This document shows positions 1-8,984 of a stretch of DNA of 64,000 nucleotides, piece by piece. Both the position numbers and the translations under genes were made by a program. The stretch comes from Patescibacteria group bacterium (GTDB lineage: Bacteria > Patescibacteriota > Patescibacteriia > UBA9570 > JAHJKD01). Under the pieces are notes generated by a model. The model searched no databases. It was not told the DNA's origin and saw only the letters and a program-made list of their open reading frames with translations. Numbering within the stretch: position 1 is the stretch's first letter; every line of letters begins with the position of its first letter. Where the stretch lies: NCBI GenBank assembly GCA_041660885.1, contig JBAZVM010000002.1:81538-145537 (forward strand), read 5' to 3'.

Positions 1-2456
1 GCGACATCAGAAGTATCTGTAAGCAGTGTGGTATTGTTTTGAGATAGGGTGGCTTTGGCATCGGCTATGGGAAAGCCTCTGGTGTTGTTGAGGGTTAATT
101 TTAGTCCGGATGATTCTACAGGGTTAGAAACGGTATTAGAAGAGGCGGAAACATCTTCATCTGAAGTAAAAGAAGCTGAAGCGGAATCTATTTGAGAAGA
201 AGAACAAGGATTATTGATTCTAACGACATAAGAAATAGTAAGTGTTTTGTCTTGGCCTATGGAAGGAGTGGTGAATGTTATGTTGCTGCCATTGGTGGTA
301 ATGACTGTGTTTTCGTTGCTACTGGTTGGAGTATTGGCTTGCAGAGTAGTGTCGGCTGGAATGGTATCGGTAATGACGGTGTTGCTGGCGGAAAGATCAC
401 CAGTATTTTCCGCGGTGATAGTATATTGAATATATTCATTAGGTTCGATGGTTTCTCCATTATCGTCGGCTGCTATGGAAGCAGGGTTAATTTGCCAAGA
501 TAAAGCAAAAACTATCATAGTAATGGCGGAAAAAACAGCCGAGGCTTTGTTTCCTAATGAAAGATATTTAGATTTTTCTATATTTGGCAAAGAAATAAAG
601 AAGAATAAAGCAAAAGAAAGAAAGAGCAATATGAATGTAATAGAATAAATATTTTTCTTAATCGTGCGAAAATAGTAATTAGCAGTACTTTCGGCATTAG
701 CTTGTTTAATGAGAATGTTAATAAAAGAGAATGGTCCGGTACTAATAGTGACTACTTTGGAAAGGGATATTTCCGGAGGTAAAGCGGTGTTTACGGTAAA
801 GCTTTTGATGGTAGACCAATCGCTCTTGGCACTTGATGGATCTGATACGCGAACAGACCAATAATAAGTGGTTTCTTCTGAAAGGGCGTCTGTAACTTTT
901 AAAGAGGCTGTGCCGATATTGGAAGTATAGCTATATTGGTTGTTGGTAATAGGGTCGCTATTGGTACTTACTCTTACATGGTAGGTAAGTTCTGATGAAG
1001 TGTTATCGGAATCGGTTGGAGCGGTCCAGGAAAGGGTTGGTTTGGTTGTGCCTACTTCTTCGTTGTTAGGACTAAAGCCGGAGGTGACTTTGTTGGGGGT
1101 GTCGTTTACATTATTGACGGTAAGATTGATTTGATTGCTGTTCTTAGAAACACCATTACTGTCCGTGGCATTAAAAGTAATAGTATCCGTACCGTACCAA
1201 TTTTCTTCTGGGGTAAGAGTAGCTGTACTGCCATCAATAGTTACCGTTATGTTATCCGGAGTATCCGTATCTAACAGGGAATAGGTTAAAGCTAAACTTT
1301 CTCTTTGAGTAAAGTAAGTGCTAAGAGTAATAGTGGAGGTATTATCTTCATTAAAGGAAATATCTGATATGGTGGAAGTGGCTATATCATCATTGGTATC
1401 CGTGTTATCCGTCACATAACCGGCTGGAGCCGTAGCAGAACAAAGAGAAGTGGTATTTAAAGGATTGCCTTTACCGTCTCCGTCGTAGTCGTAGTAGTAG
1501 GTTTGGTTGGCGGAGACTGCGGCGTCGTTGTCGTTACAGTCGGTGCTATCCATGAGGCCATCCGTGCCAGGTACATTATCGCCATCAGCGTCGAAATAAA
1601 TATAACCCAAGTAAACGGCCCCTGCCCAATCTCCTCCGGCATCATTACCATACGAGCCAATAATTACATCATAATAGTTATCATTATTCACATCACCAAC
1701 AGCCGGTGCACCAGCATAATCTTCAATCTCTTCACCAATAAATTTATAAGTATTTGCCGCAGATACAGTTATATCCGCTAGGTCCGTATCTTGGCCAAAT
1801 ATCAAATAAGCGGCACCGGAATCAGAGCCGGCGCCATCATGCTCGGTAGCACTGATTAATACATCATCATAGCCGTCGTTATTAACATCGCCGGCCGCGG
1901 AATATCTGGCAAAACGATCGCCGGCCGCTTCACCGGTAAATTTAATCGCGGTCGCCGCTGATAAAGTTATGTCCGCCAAATTCACGGCTTGACCGTAAAT
2001 AAGATAAGCGGCTCCGCTGTTAAGGCCGTTACCGTCGTTGGAAAAAATTTCTAATACAATATCATCATAGCCATCGTTATTAACATCGCCGGCAGGAGAA
2101 GAATCCCTCGCGCCATCATTTGCCGCTTCACCGGTAAATTTAACCGTGGTGACCGCCGATAAAGTTATGTCCGCCAATTCCGCGGCTTGACCGTAAATAA
2201 GATAAACAGCGCCGGCATCGGCACCGCCTCCGTCATTTTTAGTCGCGCCGGTCATTAGATCATCATAGCCATCGCCATTAACATCACCGGCAGAAGAAAC
2301 AGAGCCCCCTGCATAATCGCCTGCCACTTCACCAACAAATTTTGATGAATTAGCCGCCGATAAAGTTATATCCGCCAAATCCGCGGCTTGACCGTAAATA
2401 AGATAAGCGGCTCCGGCTTGCGCGCCACCTCCGTCATTCCAAAACGCTCCAATCAT
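1..2456 (-). CDS. FG-GAP/VCBS-repeat surface protein, distal part (3' partial, runs off window start). It continues the frame of 2466..3041 after an in-frame TAG. The FG-GAP repeats are followed by a Cys-containing D/N-rich segment, Ig/FN3-like domains and a hydrophobic segment near 560-660, so two genes could be present.
   Basis: The minus-strand frame is continuous (checked by hand through 540-780 and 2400-2470). It encodes repeated ...AAYLIYGQAA.LADITLSAA..KFTGEAA.D.AG.SVS.AGDVNGDGYDDL... units like the downstream paralogs. The first in-frame ATG after the TAG is at 2454-2456, encoding M in ...DDLMIGAF.... Absent from the ORF track because the frame has no stop inside the window. Confidence 0.5.
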   Translation of the reverse strand, partial: MIGAFWNDGGGAQAGAAYLIYGQAADLADITLSAANSSKFVGEVAGDYAGGSVSSAGDVNGDGYDDLMTGATKNDGGGADAGAVYLIYGQAAELADITLSAVTTVKFTGEAANDGARDSSPAGDVNNDGYDDIVLEIFSNDGNGLNSGAAYLIYGQAVNLADITLSAATAIKFTGEAAGDRFARYSAAGDVNNDGYDDVLISATEHDGAGSDSGAAYLIFGQDTDLADITVSAANTYKFIGEEIEDYAGAPAVGDVNNDNYYDVIIGSYGNDAGGDWAGAVYLGYIYFDADGDNVPGTDGLMDSTDCNDNDAAVSANQTYYYDYDGDGKGNPLNTTSLCSATAPAGYVTDNTDTNDDIATSTISDISFNEDNTSTITLSTYFTQRESLALTYSLLDTDTPDNITVTIDGSTATLTPEENWYGTDTITFNATDSNGVSKNSNQINLTVNNVNDTPNKVTSGFSPNNEEVGTTKPTLSWTAPTDSDNTSSELTYHVRVSTNSDPITNNQYSYTSNIGTASLKVTDALSEETTYYWSVRVSDPSSAKSDWSTIKSFTVNTALPPEISLSKVVTISTGPFSFINILIKQANAESTANYYFRTIKKNIYSITFILLFLSFALFFFISLPNIEKSKYLSLGNKASAVFSAITMIVFALSWQINPASIAADDNGETIEPNEYIQYTITAENTGDLSASNTVITDTIPADTTLQANTPTSSNENTVITTNGSNITFTTPSIGQDKTLTISYVVRINNPCSSSQIDSASASFTSDEDVSASSNTVSNPVESSGLKLTLNNTRGFPIADAKATLSQNNTTLLTDTSDV

Positions 2457-2950
2457 TAAATCATCCTATCCGTCGCAATTAACATCTCCATCTAAAGAAA
2501 CAGAACCGCCCGCATAATCAGCTGCCGCTTCACCGGTAAATTTAACCGTGGTGGCCGCCGATAAAGTTATATCCGCCAAATCCGCGGCTTGACCGTAAAT
2601 AAGATAAGCGGCTCCGCTGTTCAGGCCGTTACCGTCGTTAAAATCTGCTCCTATTAAAATATCATCGTAGCCATCACCATTAATATCGCCGGAGGAAATT
2701 GATACACCAGCATCATCATCCGCGGCTTCTCCGGTAAATTGGATTGCCGTTGCTGCTGATAATGTTAGATCGGAAATTTCCGCGGCTTGGCCGTAAATAA
2801 GATAAACTGCGCCGGCGCCGGCACCGCCGTCATCGTTCTCATTGGCGCTAATTAAAATATCATCGTAACCGTCGCCATTAATATCGCCCGAGGAAAAAAC
2901 CGGATTACCGGTATTGTTGTCTGCTGTCTCACCCAATATTTTTGTTAATT
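1750..2950. repeat. Intragenic tandem DNA repeats of about 200 bp (about 5-6 copies), encoding FG-GAP units
   Basis: Near-identical segments ...gataaagttat(a/g)tccgccaaatccgcggcttgaccgtaaataagataagcggctccg... recur near 1960, 2160, 2350, 2560 and 2760. Confidence 0.6.
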
Positions 2951-3041
2951 CACTCAAATCAAATTGTTCCTGAGTAATGCCCAAAACAGGAATCACAAAA
3001 AATAATACTAGCAGAAATAGTATTATTTTTTTATTTGCCAT
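2466..3041 (-). CDS. FG-GAP repeat protein N-terminal segment (signal peptide plus 2 FG-GAP units), ending at an in-frame TAG that replaces the Tyr of a DGYDD motif
   Basis: ORF track 191 aa: MANKKIILFLLVLFFVIPVLG (signal peptide), then GDINGDGYDDILI repeats. Stop at 2466-2468 is TAG on the minus strand. Paralogs have TAT (Tyr) at the equivalent position, and the frame stays open downstream. Confidence 0.6.
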   Translation of the reverse strand: MANKKIILFLLVLFFVIPVLGITQEQFDLSELTKILGETADNNTGNPVFSSGDINGDGYDDILISANENDDGGAGAGAVYLIYGQAAEISDLTLSAATAIQFTGEAADDDAGVSISSGDINGDGYDDILIGADFNDGNGLNSGAAYLIYGQAADLADITLSAATTVKFTGEAAADYAGGSVSLDGDVNCDG

Positions 3042-3109
3042 ATTTTTTTTAAAAACAAAAAGACTAATTTATGATTATTATTATATAACTTTCCAACTAA
3101 TTATACAAA

Positions 3110-5338
3110 TTATTGAAGCGATAATTCGTAGGTGTTTTTTTTAGATAAATAGCGCAAGAGATATTTAACGAGAATTTTTCCTTTAGTATTTCTTAAGCGA
3201 ATAATATTGTTATGGTTGCTGGTTTTACTGGCATTTATTTTATCATTCTCAAAAGAAGCATATAGCTTCAAACCTAATTTTTCCTGATTAATTAATAATT
3301 TTATTACAGAAAGTTTTACTTTGCCTTTTTTATTCTTGGCTGTCACCACTGCCCATTTCTTATCTCTTAGAGTATACGTTTTTAAAGAATTAGATTTATA
3401 ATTTTTATCAGCTAATTTCTTTGAAGAAAGCACGGCAAGGGCGTTAATATCCACCAAAGCCAAGCTTCTTGCTTTAGGGTGCAAAGCTAAATAATAATTA
3501 TCTTGATACTGTTGCAGGGTGACGTCATCCGTACCAGTATAGTCAAAGACATGTATGATAGCGGTTTCGCTGTTTATATAAGTAATGGTAATATCGCCGT
3601 TATCCCCCGCGGTAATAGTAGAAATGTCTTTAATAGTATCATCACTATCATTGCTATTGGTAACATACCCGGCAGGAGCCGTGGCAGAACAAATAGAATC
3701 GGTAATTAAAGGGTTACCCAAGCCATCGCCATCTAAATCCTGATAATAAGTTTGATTAGCGGAAACTGTAGCGTCATTATCATTGCAATCCGTACCAGTT
3801 TCACTGCCGTCATTATCATAGTCATTATCGTTGGTGTCTGCACCATCAAATAAACCGTCGGTGCCAGCCAAGCCATCACCATCGTTATCAATATACAGAT
3901 AGCCAATATAAACCGCGCCATAACCTTGCGGCCCGGCTCCTTTAGCGCCAATATTCAAATTTAATTTATCCCCCGCACCACCGCCACCATCGGTATTTTT
4001 AGAAGCACCGATTATAATATCCGAGAATCCGTCGCCGTTTATATCCCCGGCGCCAAGGGCAGTGCCGCTATAATCACCCGCGTTTTCCCCCGTGAATTTG
4101 ATAGTATCTGATAATAAAGTATTGGAAAAATTCGTTGTTTGTCCGTAAATTAAATACGTTGCTCCTGATAATAATCCATTTGTATCATCCCCATTCGCAT
4201 TAATTAATATATCATCATAGCCATCGTTATTTACATCTGATGCCGATGCAACAAAATTACCCGCAAAATCTGATGCCAGTTCTCCGGTAAACTTTACGGC
4301 CGTAGATAAAGAAGCACTGGTTAAATTTTCCGCTTGGCCATAGATAAGGTAAGCGGCGCCTTTAAATTCATCATAACCCCTGCTGCCAACAAGAAAATCG
4401 CTATAACCATCGCCATCCACATCTCCGGCAGAGGATACGGAATAACCGGCATAGTCGTTCGCCACTTCACCAGTAAACTTTACAGCGGTCGATAAAGAAG
4501 CACTGGTTAAATTTTCCGCTTGGCCATAGATAAGGTAAGCGGAACCGGCCGCAACATCAGGATCATCTGATGCATAAGCTCCGACTAGCATATCATCATA
4601 GCCATCGCCATCCACATCTCCGGCAGAGGATACGGAATACCCGGCAGAGTCGCCATACAATTCACCGGTAAACTTTACAGCGGTCGATAAAGAAGCACTG
4701 GTTAAATTTTCCGCTTGGCCATAGATAAGGTAAGCGGAACCGGCTGAAATATCGGGATCATCTGTTCGGTATGCCCCAATAATCATATCATCGTAGCCAT
4801 CGTTATCCACGTCCCCGGCAGAGGATACGGAATACCCGGCATAATCATCCGACGCTTCACCGGAGAACTTTACAGCGGTCGATAAAGAAGCACTGGTTAA
4901 ATTTTCCGCTTGGCCATAGATAAGGTAAGCGGCGCCTTTAGTTGAGGATTCGGCAAAAGCTCCGATCAAAATATCGTCATAGCCATCTCCGTTCACATCT
5001 CCAGCCGAAGCTATAGATGTCCCGACAAAATTATTTATTGCTTCACCAGTAAATTCTACGGCCGTTGATAGCGGGCCGCCGCTTAACTGAGACTCTTGTC
5101 CATATATCAAATAAATGGATCCCGATTGAGACGCGGCTGAACTTCGATAAGTAGCGCTAATAATAACATCGTCATAGCCATCTCCGTTCACATCTCCAGC
5201 CGAAGCTACGGAATATCCTGCCTGGTCGCTTTCTGCTAAACCGGTATATTCTTGGAACAAAGAAAGATTATAAGTATCCGCGCTGGCAATAATCGGGAAA
5301 ATGCTCAGACTTAGAATCAATAAAATTACTTTTTTCAT
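3110..5338 (-). CDS. Secreted FG-GAP/VCBS-repeat protein (7-8 repeats) with a D/N-rich Cys-containing calcium-binding-like segment and a Lys-rich C-terminal domain
   Basis: 742 aa. Signal peptide MKKVILLILSLSIFPIIASA. Repeated AGDVNGDGYDD..IGA and AYLIYGQAENLTSASLSTAVKFTGE units. Tail ...KNKKGKVKLSVIKLLINQEKLG... Stop is TAA. Confidence 0.8.
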   Translation of the reverse strand: MKKVILLILSLSIFPIIASADTYNLSLFQEYTGLAESDQAGYSVASAGDVNGDGYDDVIISATYRSSAASQSGSIYLIYGQESQLSGGPLSTAVEFTGEAINNFVGTSIASAGDVNGDGYDDILIGAFAESSTKGAAYLIYGQAENLTSASLSTAVKFSGEASDDYAGYSVSSAGDVDNDGYDDMIIGAYRTDDPDISAGSAYLIYGQAENLTSASLSTAVKFTGELYGDSAGYSVSSAGDVDGDGYDDMLVGAYASDDPDVAAGSAYLIYGQAENLTSASLSTAVKFTGEVANDYAGYSVSSAGDVDGDGYSDFLVGSRGYDEFKGAAYLIYGQAENLTSASLSTAVKFTGELASDFAGNFVASASDVNNDGYDDILINANGDDTNGLLSGATYLIYGQTTNFSNTLLSDTIKFTGENAGDYSGTALGAGDINGDGFSDIIIGASKNTDGGGGAGDKLNLNIGAKGAGPQGYGAVYIGYLYIDNDGDGLAGTDGLFDGADTNDNDYDNDGSETGTDCNDNDATVSANQTYYQDLDGDGLGNPLITDSICSATAPAGYVTNSNDSDDTIKDISTITAGDNGDITITYINSETAIIHVFDYTGTDDVTLQQYQDNYYLALHPKARSLALVDINALAVLSSKKLADKNYKSNSLKTYTLRDKKWAVVTAKNKKGKVKLSVIKLLINQEKLGLKLYASFENDKINASKTSNHNNIIRLRNTKGKILVKYLLRYLSKKNTYELSLQ
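4280..4945. repeat. Four near-identical tandem DNA repeats of about 190 bp inside the FG-GAP gene
   Basis: The segment gtaaactttacagcggtcgataaagaagcactggttaaattttccgcttggccatagataaggtaagcgg recurs at about 4285, 4470, 4665 and 4860 with very few substitutions. Confidence 0.7.
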
Positions 5339-5344
5339 AAAATA

Positions 5345-7780
5345 TTATTTAACTAAATATAATTTATATTTGGCTTTCTTTTTTAAGTAAGATAACTGAT
5401 ATTCTTTTAAGTGTTTTCCGTTTTTATTATTAAGATAAATAGAGTTCTTCTTTTTGGTAGTCTTTTTAATTTTAATTTTAACGTTCTCTGTTAAAGCTTT
5501 GGCTTTTTTTCCAAGTTTAGTTGTACTGATTTTTAGTTTGACCACATACAGCCGAACTTTAATTTTTTTCTTGGAAATGATGGTGACAAATTTAGAGTGG
5601 TTAATAGTAAAAATTTTTATTGCGTTATTCTTGAATTTAACTTTCTTGGATAATAATTTTCTGGAAAGCACTTCCCCATTATATACATTCACCAAAGCTA
5701 ATTTCTTGCCCCATGGGTGCGTTACTAAATAGTAACCGGTGTTTTGGTATTGTTTTACTTTGGTTTTCTTTTTAGATACTATGGAATATATATTATATGA
5801 ATAAACGGAATAATCTGCGTAAGTTACTAAAATATTTCCATGAGAATAGCCAACAACGGAAATAATAGAGTTTAGATAGGCAGCTTGATCTGTGGGATCA
5901 ATAGCGCCATAAACCGGGTGTATACCGTTTTCGGAAAGCGTGTTTACCTCATCTATAGTGCCGTCGCTATCGTTATCTATGCCATCTCCCCCTATTTCAA
6001 TATTGTCTTCGTCTCCACTATTGCCACTATCATCAGTATCGTCGTCGTTAGCCACATACCCCGCGGGTGGCGTAGCTGAACAAACAGTAGTGCAAGTGTT
6101 CGGATTGCCCAAACCATCTCCATCGGCATCTTGATAATAAGTCTGGTTCTCATGAACCGCGGAATCAGTGTCGCTGCAATCAGTGCTATTAGTGGAATAA
6201 CCGGCAGGCACGGTAGAAGAGCACACTGCCGTAATGGTTGTTGACCCATACCCGTCGCTATCGCTATCAACATAATAATTCGTGGTCGCGGAAATATTAA
6301 GATCGCTATCATTGCAATCCGTGCCATCTATTATGCCATCAGTGCCGGGCACGCCGTCGCCATCGCCATCGGACATGAGATATCCTAAATAGGCGGCGCC
6401 GGAATTAAAACCGCCTTCTTGATTGGTTGGATTTCCTATAACTACGTCCGCTAAACTATCATTATTAATATCACCGGCTAAAGACAAGCTATAGCCATAA
6501 TCATTAAAATAGATAACAGCGGTATCGCTAATGGTACCGCTACTTAGAGAAGAGCTTCCATATACCAAATAAACTTCTGTGGCTGCATCACCGATTAATA
6601 TATCATCATAGCCGTCGTTATTAACATCGCCGGCCGAAGCCACGGATACACCAAGATGAGAAACATCCCCTCCATTATAGACTACATCAGCAGAAGAAAA
6701 AGTACCTCCGGCTAAATTATCTCCGTAAAAAATAAAAACTTTTCCATTATCGGTCTCATTCGGACAACCGACGATAATATCGTCATAATTATCATTATTA
6801 ACATCGCCAGTCGTAACAGAATAAGTTACGCCCTCACCATGGATGCTGTTGCGATAAATAGTTTGCGAGGATAAATGCGTGTCCGTTAAACTGCCGGTTC
6901 CATAAACAATATAAAGGCCAGCATTTTCGCTGGAAAGATTGTAATCAATAAACGCGTAATCCGGGTAACTGTCATTATTAAAATTACCCACGGCCATATT
7001 TTTTTCCAGTCCGATATCATAACCAAGCTCTACTTCGAGCCCGTCGTGATCACCGAAAAATTTTACATCAGCCGCTGTTTCCAGGCTGGCGGCATCCGCG
7101 CTGAATCTGGTTTCTTGACCATATATCATAAACACCGCGCCTTCTCCGTATCCGTCTATGCTGGCGCTATAATTGGGAACGCCTATTAAAAAATCATCAT
7201 AGCCATCGGCATTGGCATCTCCGCTGGAAGCCAGAGAGGATCCGATATATAAACCAGCAGAGTCCCCGTACCATGAGGCATCAGAATCTGAATCTAAATC
7301 ATAGTTTCCGCTATACTGCTCTGCTTGGCCATATACTAAATAAACCATACCATTGCCCTCTCCTCCATATGGCGGAGCACTAATTAAGATATCGTCATAA
7401 CCATCATTATCCACATCGCCTGCTGATGCAACGGCAAAGCCCGTGGAATTATTACTGGCAGTACCATGAAAATGAGCATCAGCAACGGACAAATCTATAC
7501 TTGTTAAAGAATTTTCGCTTCCATAAATTAAATATACAGTTCCGACACCTATATCCAAGCCATCATCCGCGGTATAGGCACCTATCAATATATCATTATA
7601 ACCATCGCCATTAAAATCACCGTCCGATGAAACAGCGTTTCCTGCTTGATCACCATACGCTTCTTCGTTTCCTTCTTCACCTGTGAATTGAACCAATTCA
7701 TCCACGCTGACTTCAGTCGCTGTTGCGGAAACGATTAGTGGCAGAAATAATAATATCAAGCCTAATAATACTTTTTTCAT
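5345..7780 (-). CDS. Secreted FG-GAP/VCBS-repeat protein paralog with D/N/Cys-rich region and Lys-rich C-terminal domain
   Basis: 811 aa. Signal peptide MKKVLLGLILLFLPLIVSATA. FG-GAP motifs SDGDFNGDGYNDILIGA and AGDVDNDGYDDILISA. C-terminal tail ...KKKIKVRLYVVKLKISTTKLGKKAK..., homologous to the tail of 3110..5338. Confidence 0.8.
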   Translation of the reverse strand: MKKVLLGLILLFLPLIVSATATEVSVDELVQFTGEEGNEEAYGDQAGNAVSSDGDFNGDGYNDILIGAYTADDGLDIGVGTVYLIYGSENSLTSIDLSVADAHFHGTASNNSTGFAVASAGDVDNDGYDDILISAPPYGGEGNGMVYLVYGQAEQYSGNYDLDSDSDASWYGDSAGLYIGSSLASSGDANADGYDDFLIGVPNYSASIDGYGEGAVFMIYGQETRFSADAASLETAADVKFFGDHDGLEVELGYDIGLEKNMAVGNFNNDSYPDYAFIDYNLSSENAGLYIVYGTGSLTDTHLSSQTIYRNSIHGEGVTYSVTTGDVNNDNYDDIIVGCPNETDNGKVFIFYGDNLAGGTFSSADVVYNGGDVSHLGVSVASAGDVNNDGYDDILIGDAATEVYLVYGSSSLSSGTISDTAVIYFNDYGYSLSLAGDINNDSLADVVIGNPTNQEGGFNSGAAYLGYLMSDGDGDGVPGTDGIIDGTDCNDSDLNISATTNYYVDSDSDGYGSTTITAVCSSTVPAGYSTNSTDCSDTDSAVHENQTYYQDADGDGLGNPNTCTTVCSATPPAGYVANDDDTDDSGNSGDEDNIEIGGDGIDNDSDGTIDEVNTLSENGIHPVYGAIDPTDQAAYLNSIISVVGYSHGNILVTYADYSVYSYNIYSIVSKKKTKVKQYQNTGYYLVTHPWGKKLALVNVYNGEVLSRKLLSKKVKFKNNAIKIFTINHSKFVTIISKKKIKVRLYVVKLKISTTKLGKKAKALTENVKIKIKKTTKKKNSIYLNNKNGKHLKEYQLSYLKKKAKYKLYLVK

Positions 7781-7857
7781 ATATAATATTTAATAATATA
7801 GATAAACTATACCATATTTGCCAAAGATAACAAAACATGATATTTTAAATTTAGGCG

Positions 7858-7880
7858 ACCCCTTTGTTGGGGTATTTTTT
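7858..7880 (+). promoter_or_regulatory. Stem-loop ACCCC-tttgtt-GGGGT plus T7 tract immediately upstream of the dprA ATG; the GGGG that could act as SD lies inside the stem
   Basis: Read directly at 7858-7880 (gacccctttgttggggtattttttATG). Confidence 0.3.
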
Positions 7881-8984
7881 ATGGAAAAAATCTATTTTCA
7901 TGCGTTTAATTTGGTTCCGCATATCGGGCCAAAAAGAATTAACAAGCTGCTAAAATACTTTGGTAATTTACAATCCGCGTGGTTAGCAGATTACGCAGAT
8001 TTATATCAAAGTGGCTTAGAAAATTTTGTCATTAATAAATTTCTGGCAATAAGAAAAGATATTAATCCTGAACAAGAGTGGAATAATATTTTCCAGGATA
8101 TTAAAGTTGTTACAGTTGAAGACTCAGAATATCCTAAACAGCTTAAAGAAATTGCCTCTCCCCCTTCTATTCTATATGTAAGAGGTAACGAACAAGTATT
8201 AAAAGACGATTCCATAGCCATTGTCGGCACCAGGCGCATGAGCGCGTACGGCCAGCGCGTGTGCGAGCAATTAACCAAACGACTTACGCAAATTGATTTA
8301 ACTGTAATAAGCGGTTTGGCCGATGGCATAGACACGCAAAGCCATAAAACTTGCCTTATAAATAATGGAAAGACTATTGCCGTGCTTGGCTCCGGCATTA
8401 ATAATAATTGTGTTTTCCCCGCGAACAATCGGCTTCTGGCGGAAAGGATTGCCCAATCAGGAGGCGCTATTATTTCCGAGTATCCACCACACGCCAAAGC
8501 CCAGCGCCAATTCTTTCCCGCGCGCAACAGAATCATTTCCGGGCTTTCCTTGGGCACTATTGTTATAGAAGCGGCCAATAAATCCGGCGCGCTTATCACC
8601 GCCTACTTTGCCTTGGAACAGAATAAGGAAGTATTCGCCGTACCGGGTTCTATTTTTAGTTCTCGTTCCGACGGTTGCCACACGCTTATAAAGAAAGGCG
8701 CGAAATTAGTGGCTAATATACAGGATATTTTGGAGGAATTGCCGGAAAAATATCGCTTTAATCAATCCACGGGGATGCCGGACAATTCGATGGTGAGTGA
8801 TTTAAATTCCGATGAAAAAATTATATTGCATAATATTTCCTCCGAACCCGTTCACATTGACAAGATTATAAAATCTTGTAGACTAAGTAAATCTTGCGCC
8901 CTTTCCGCGTTGACAACGCTGGAATTAAAGGGCTTAATAAAAAATATTGAGAGCAATCATTATATTATATGGCAAAAAATTTAG
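7881..8984 (+). CDS. dprA: DNA processing protein DprA (Smf)
   Basis: Rossmann-like DprA core with GLADGIDTQSHKTCL and VLGSGIN motifs. I place the start at the internal ATG 7881 (MEKIYFHAF...) rather than the track's 7818. The TAG stop overlaps the topA start by 16 nt, which is the classic dprA-topA arrangement. Confidence 0.85.
   Translation: MEKIYFHAFNLVPHIGPKRINKLLKYFGNLQSAWLADYADLYQSGLENFVINKFLAIRKDINPEQEWNNIFQDIKVVTVEDSEYPKQLKEIASPPSILYVRGNEQVLKDDSIAIVGTRRMSAYGQRVCEQLTKRLTQIDLTVISGLADGIDTQSHKTCLINNGKTIAVLGSGINNNCVFPANNRLLAERIAQSGGAIISEYPPHAKAQRQFFPARNRIISGLSLGTIVIEAANKSGALITAYFALEQNKEVFAVPGSIFSSRSDGCHTLIKKGAKLVANIQDILEELPEKYRFNQSTGMPDNSMVSDLNSDEKIILHNISSEPVHIDKIIKSCRLSKSCALSALTTLELKGLIKNIESNHYIIWQKI

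Noticed and set aside
192-648. Plus-strand ORFs 192..503 and 448..648
   Set aside because: They are antisense to the continuous minus-strand FG-GAP/Ig-domain reading frame and have no motif content.
2466-2468. TAG reassigned as a sense codon (alternative genetic code)
   Set aside because: TAG terminates dprA (8982-8984) and the PanK-like gene (26518-26520) at sensible positions. A single in-frame TAG is better explained by mutation or error.
1750-5000. Possible CRISPR array, suggested by regular about 190-200-bp direct repeats
   Set aside because: The repeats are coding (FG-GAP units, continuous ORF). The period is far longer than CRISPR repeat-spacer units, and there are no unique spacers or cas genes.
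8006-8599. 197-aa minus-strand ORF inside dprA
   Set aside because: It is internal to and antisense of a well-supported dprA gene.
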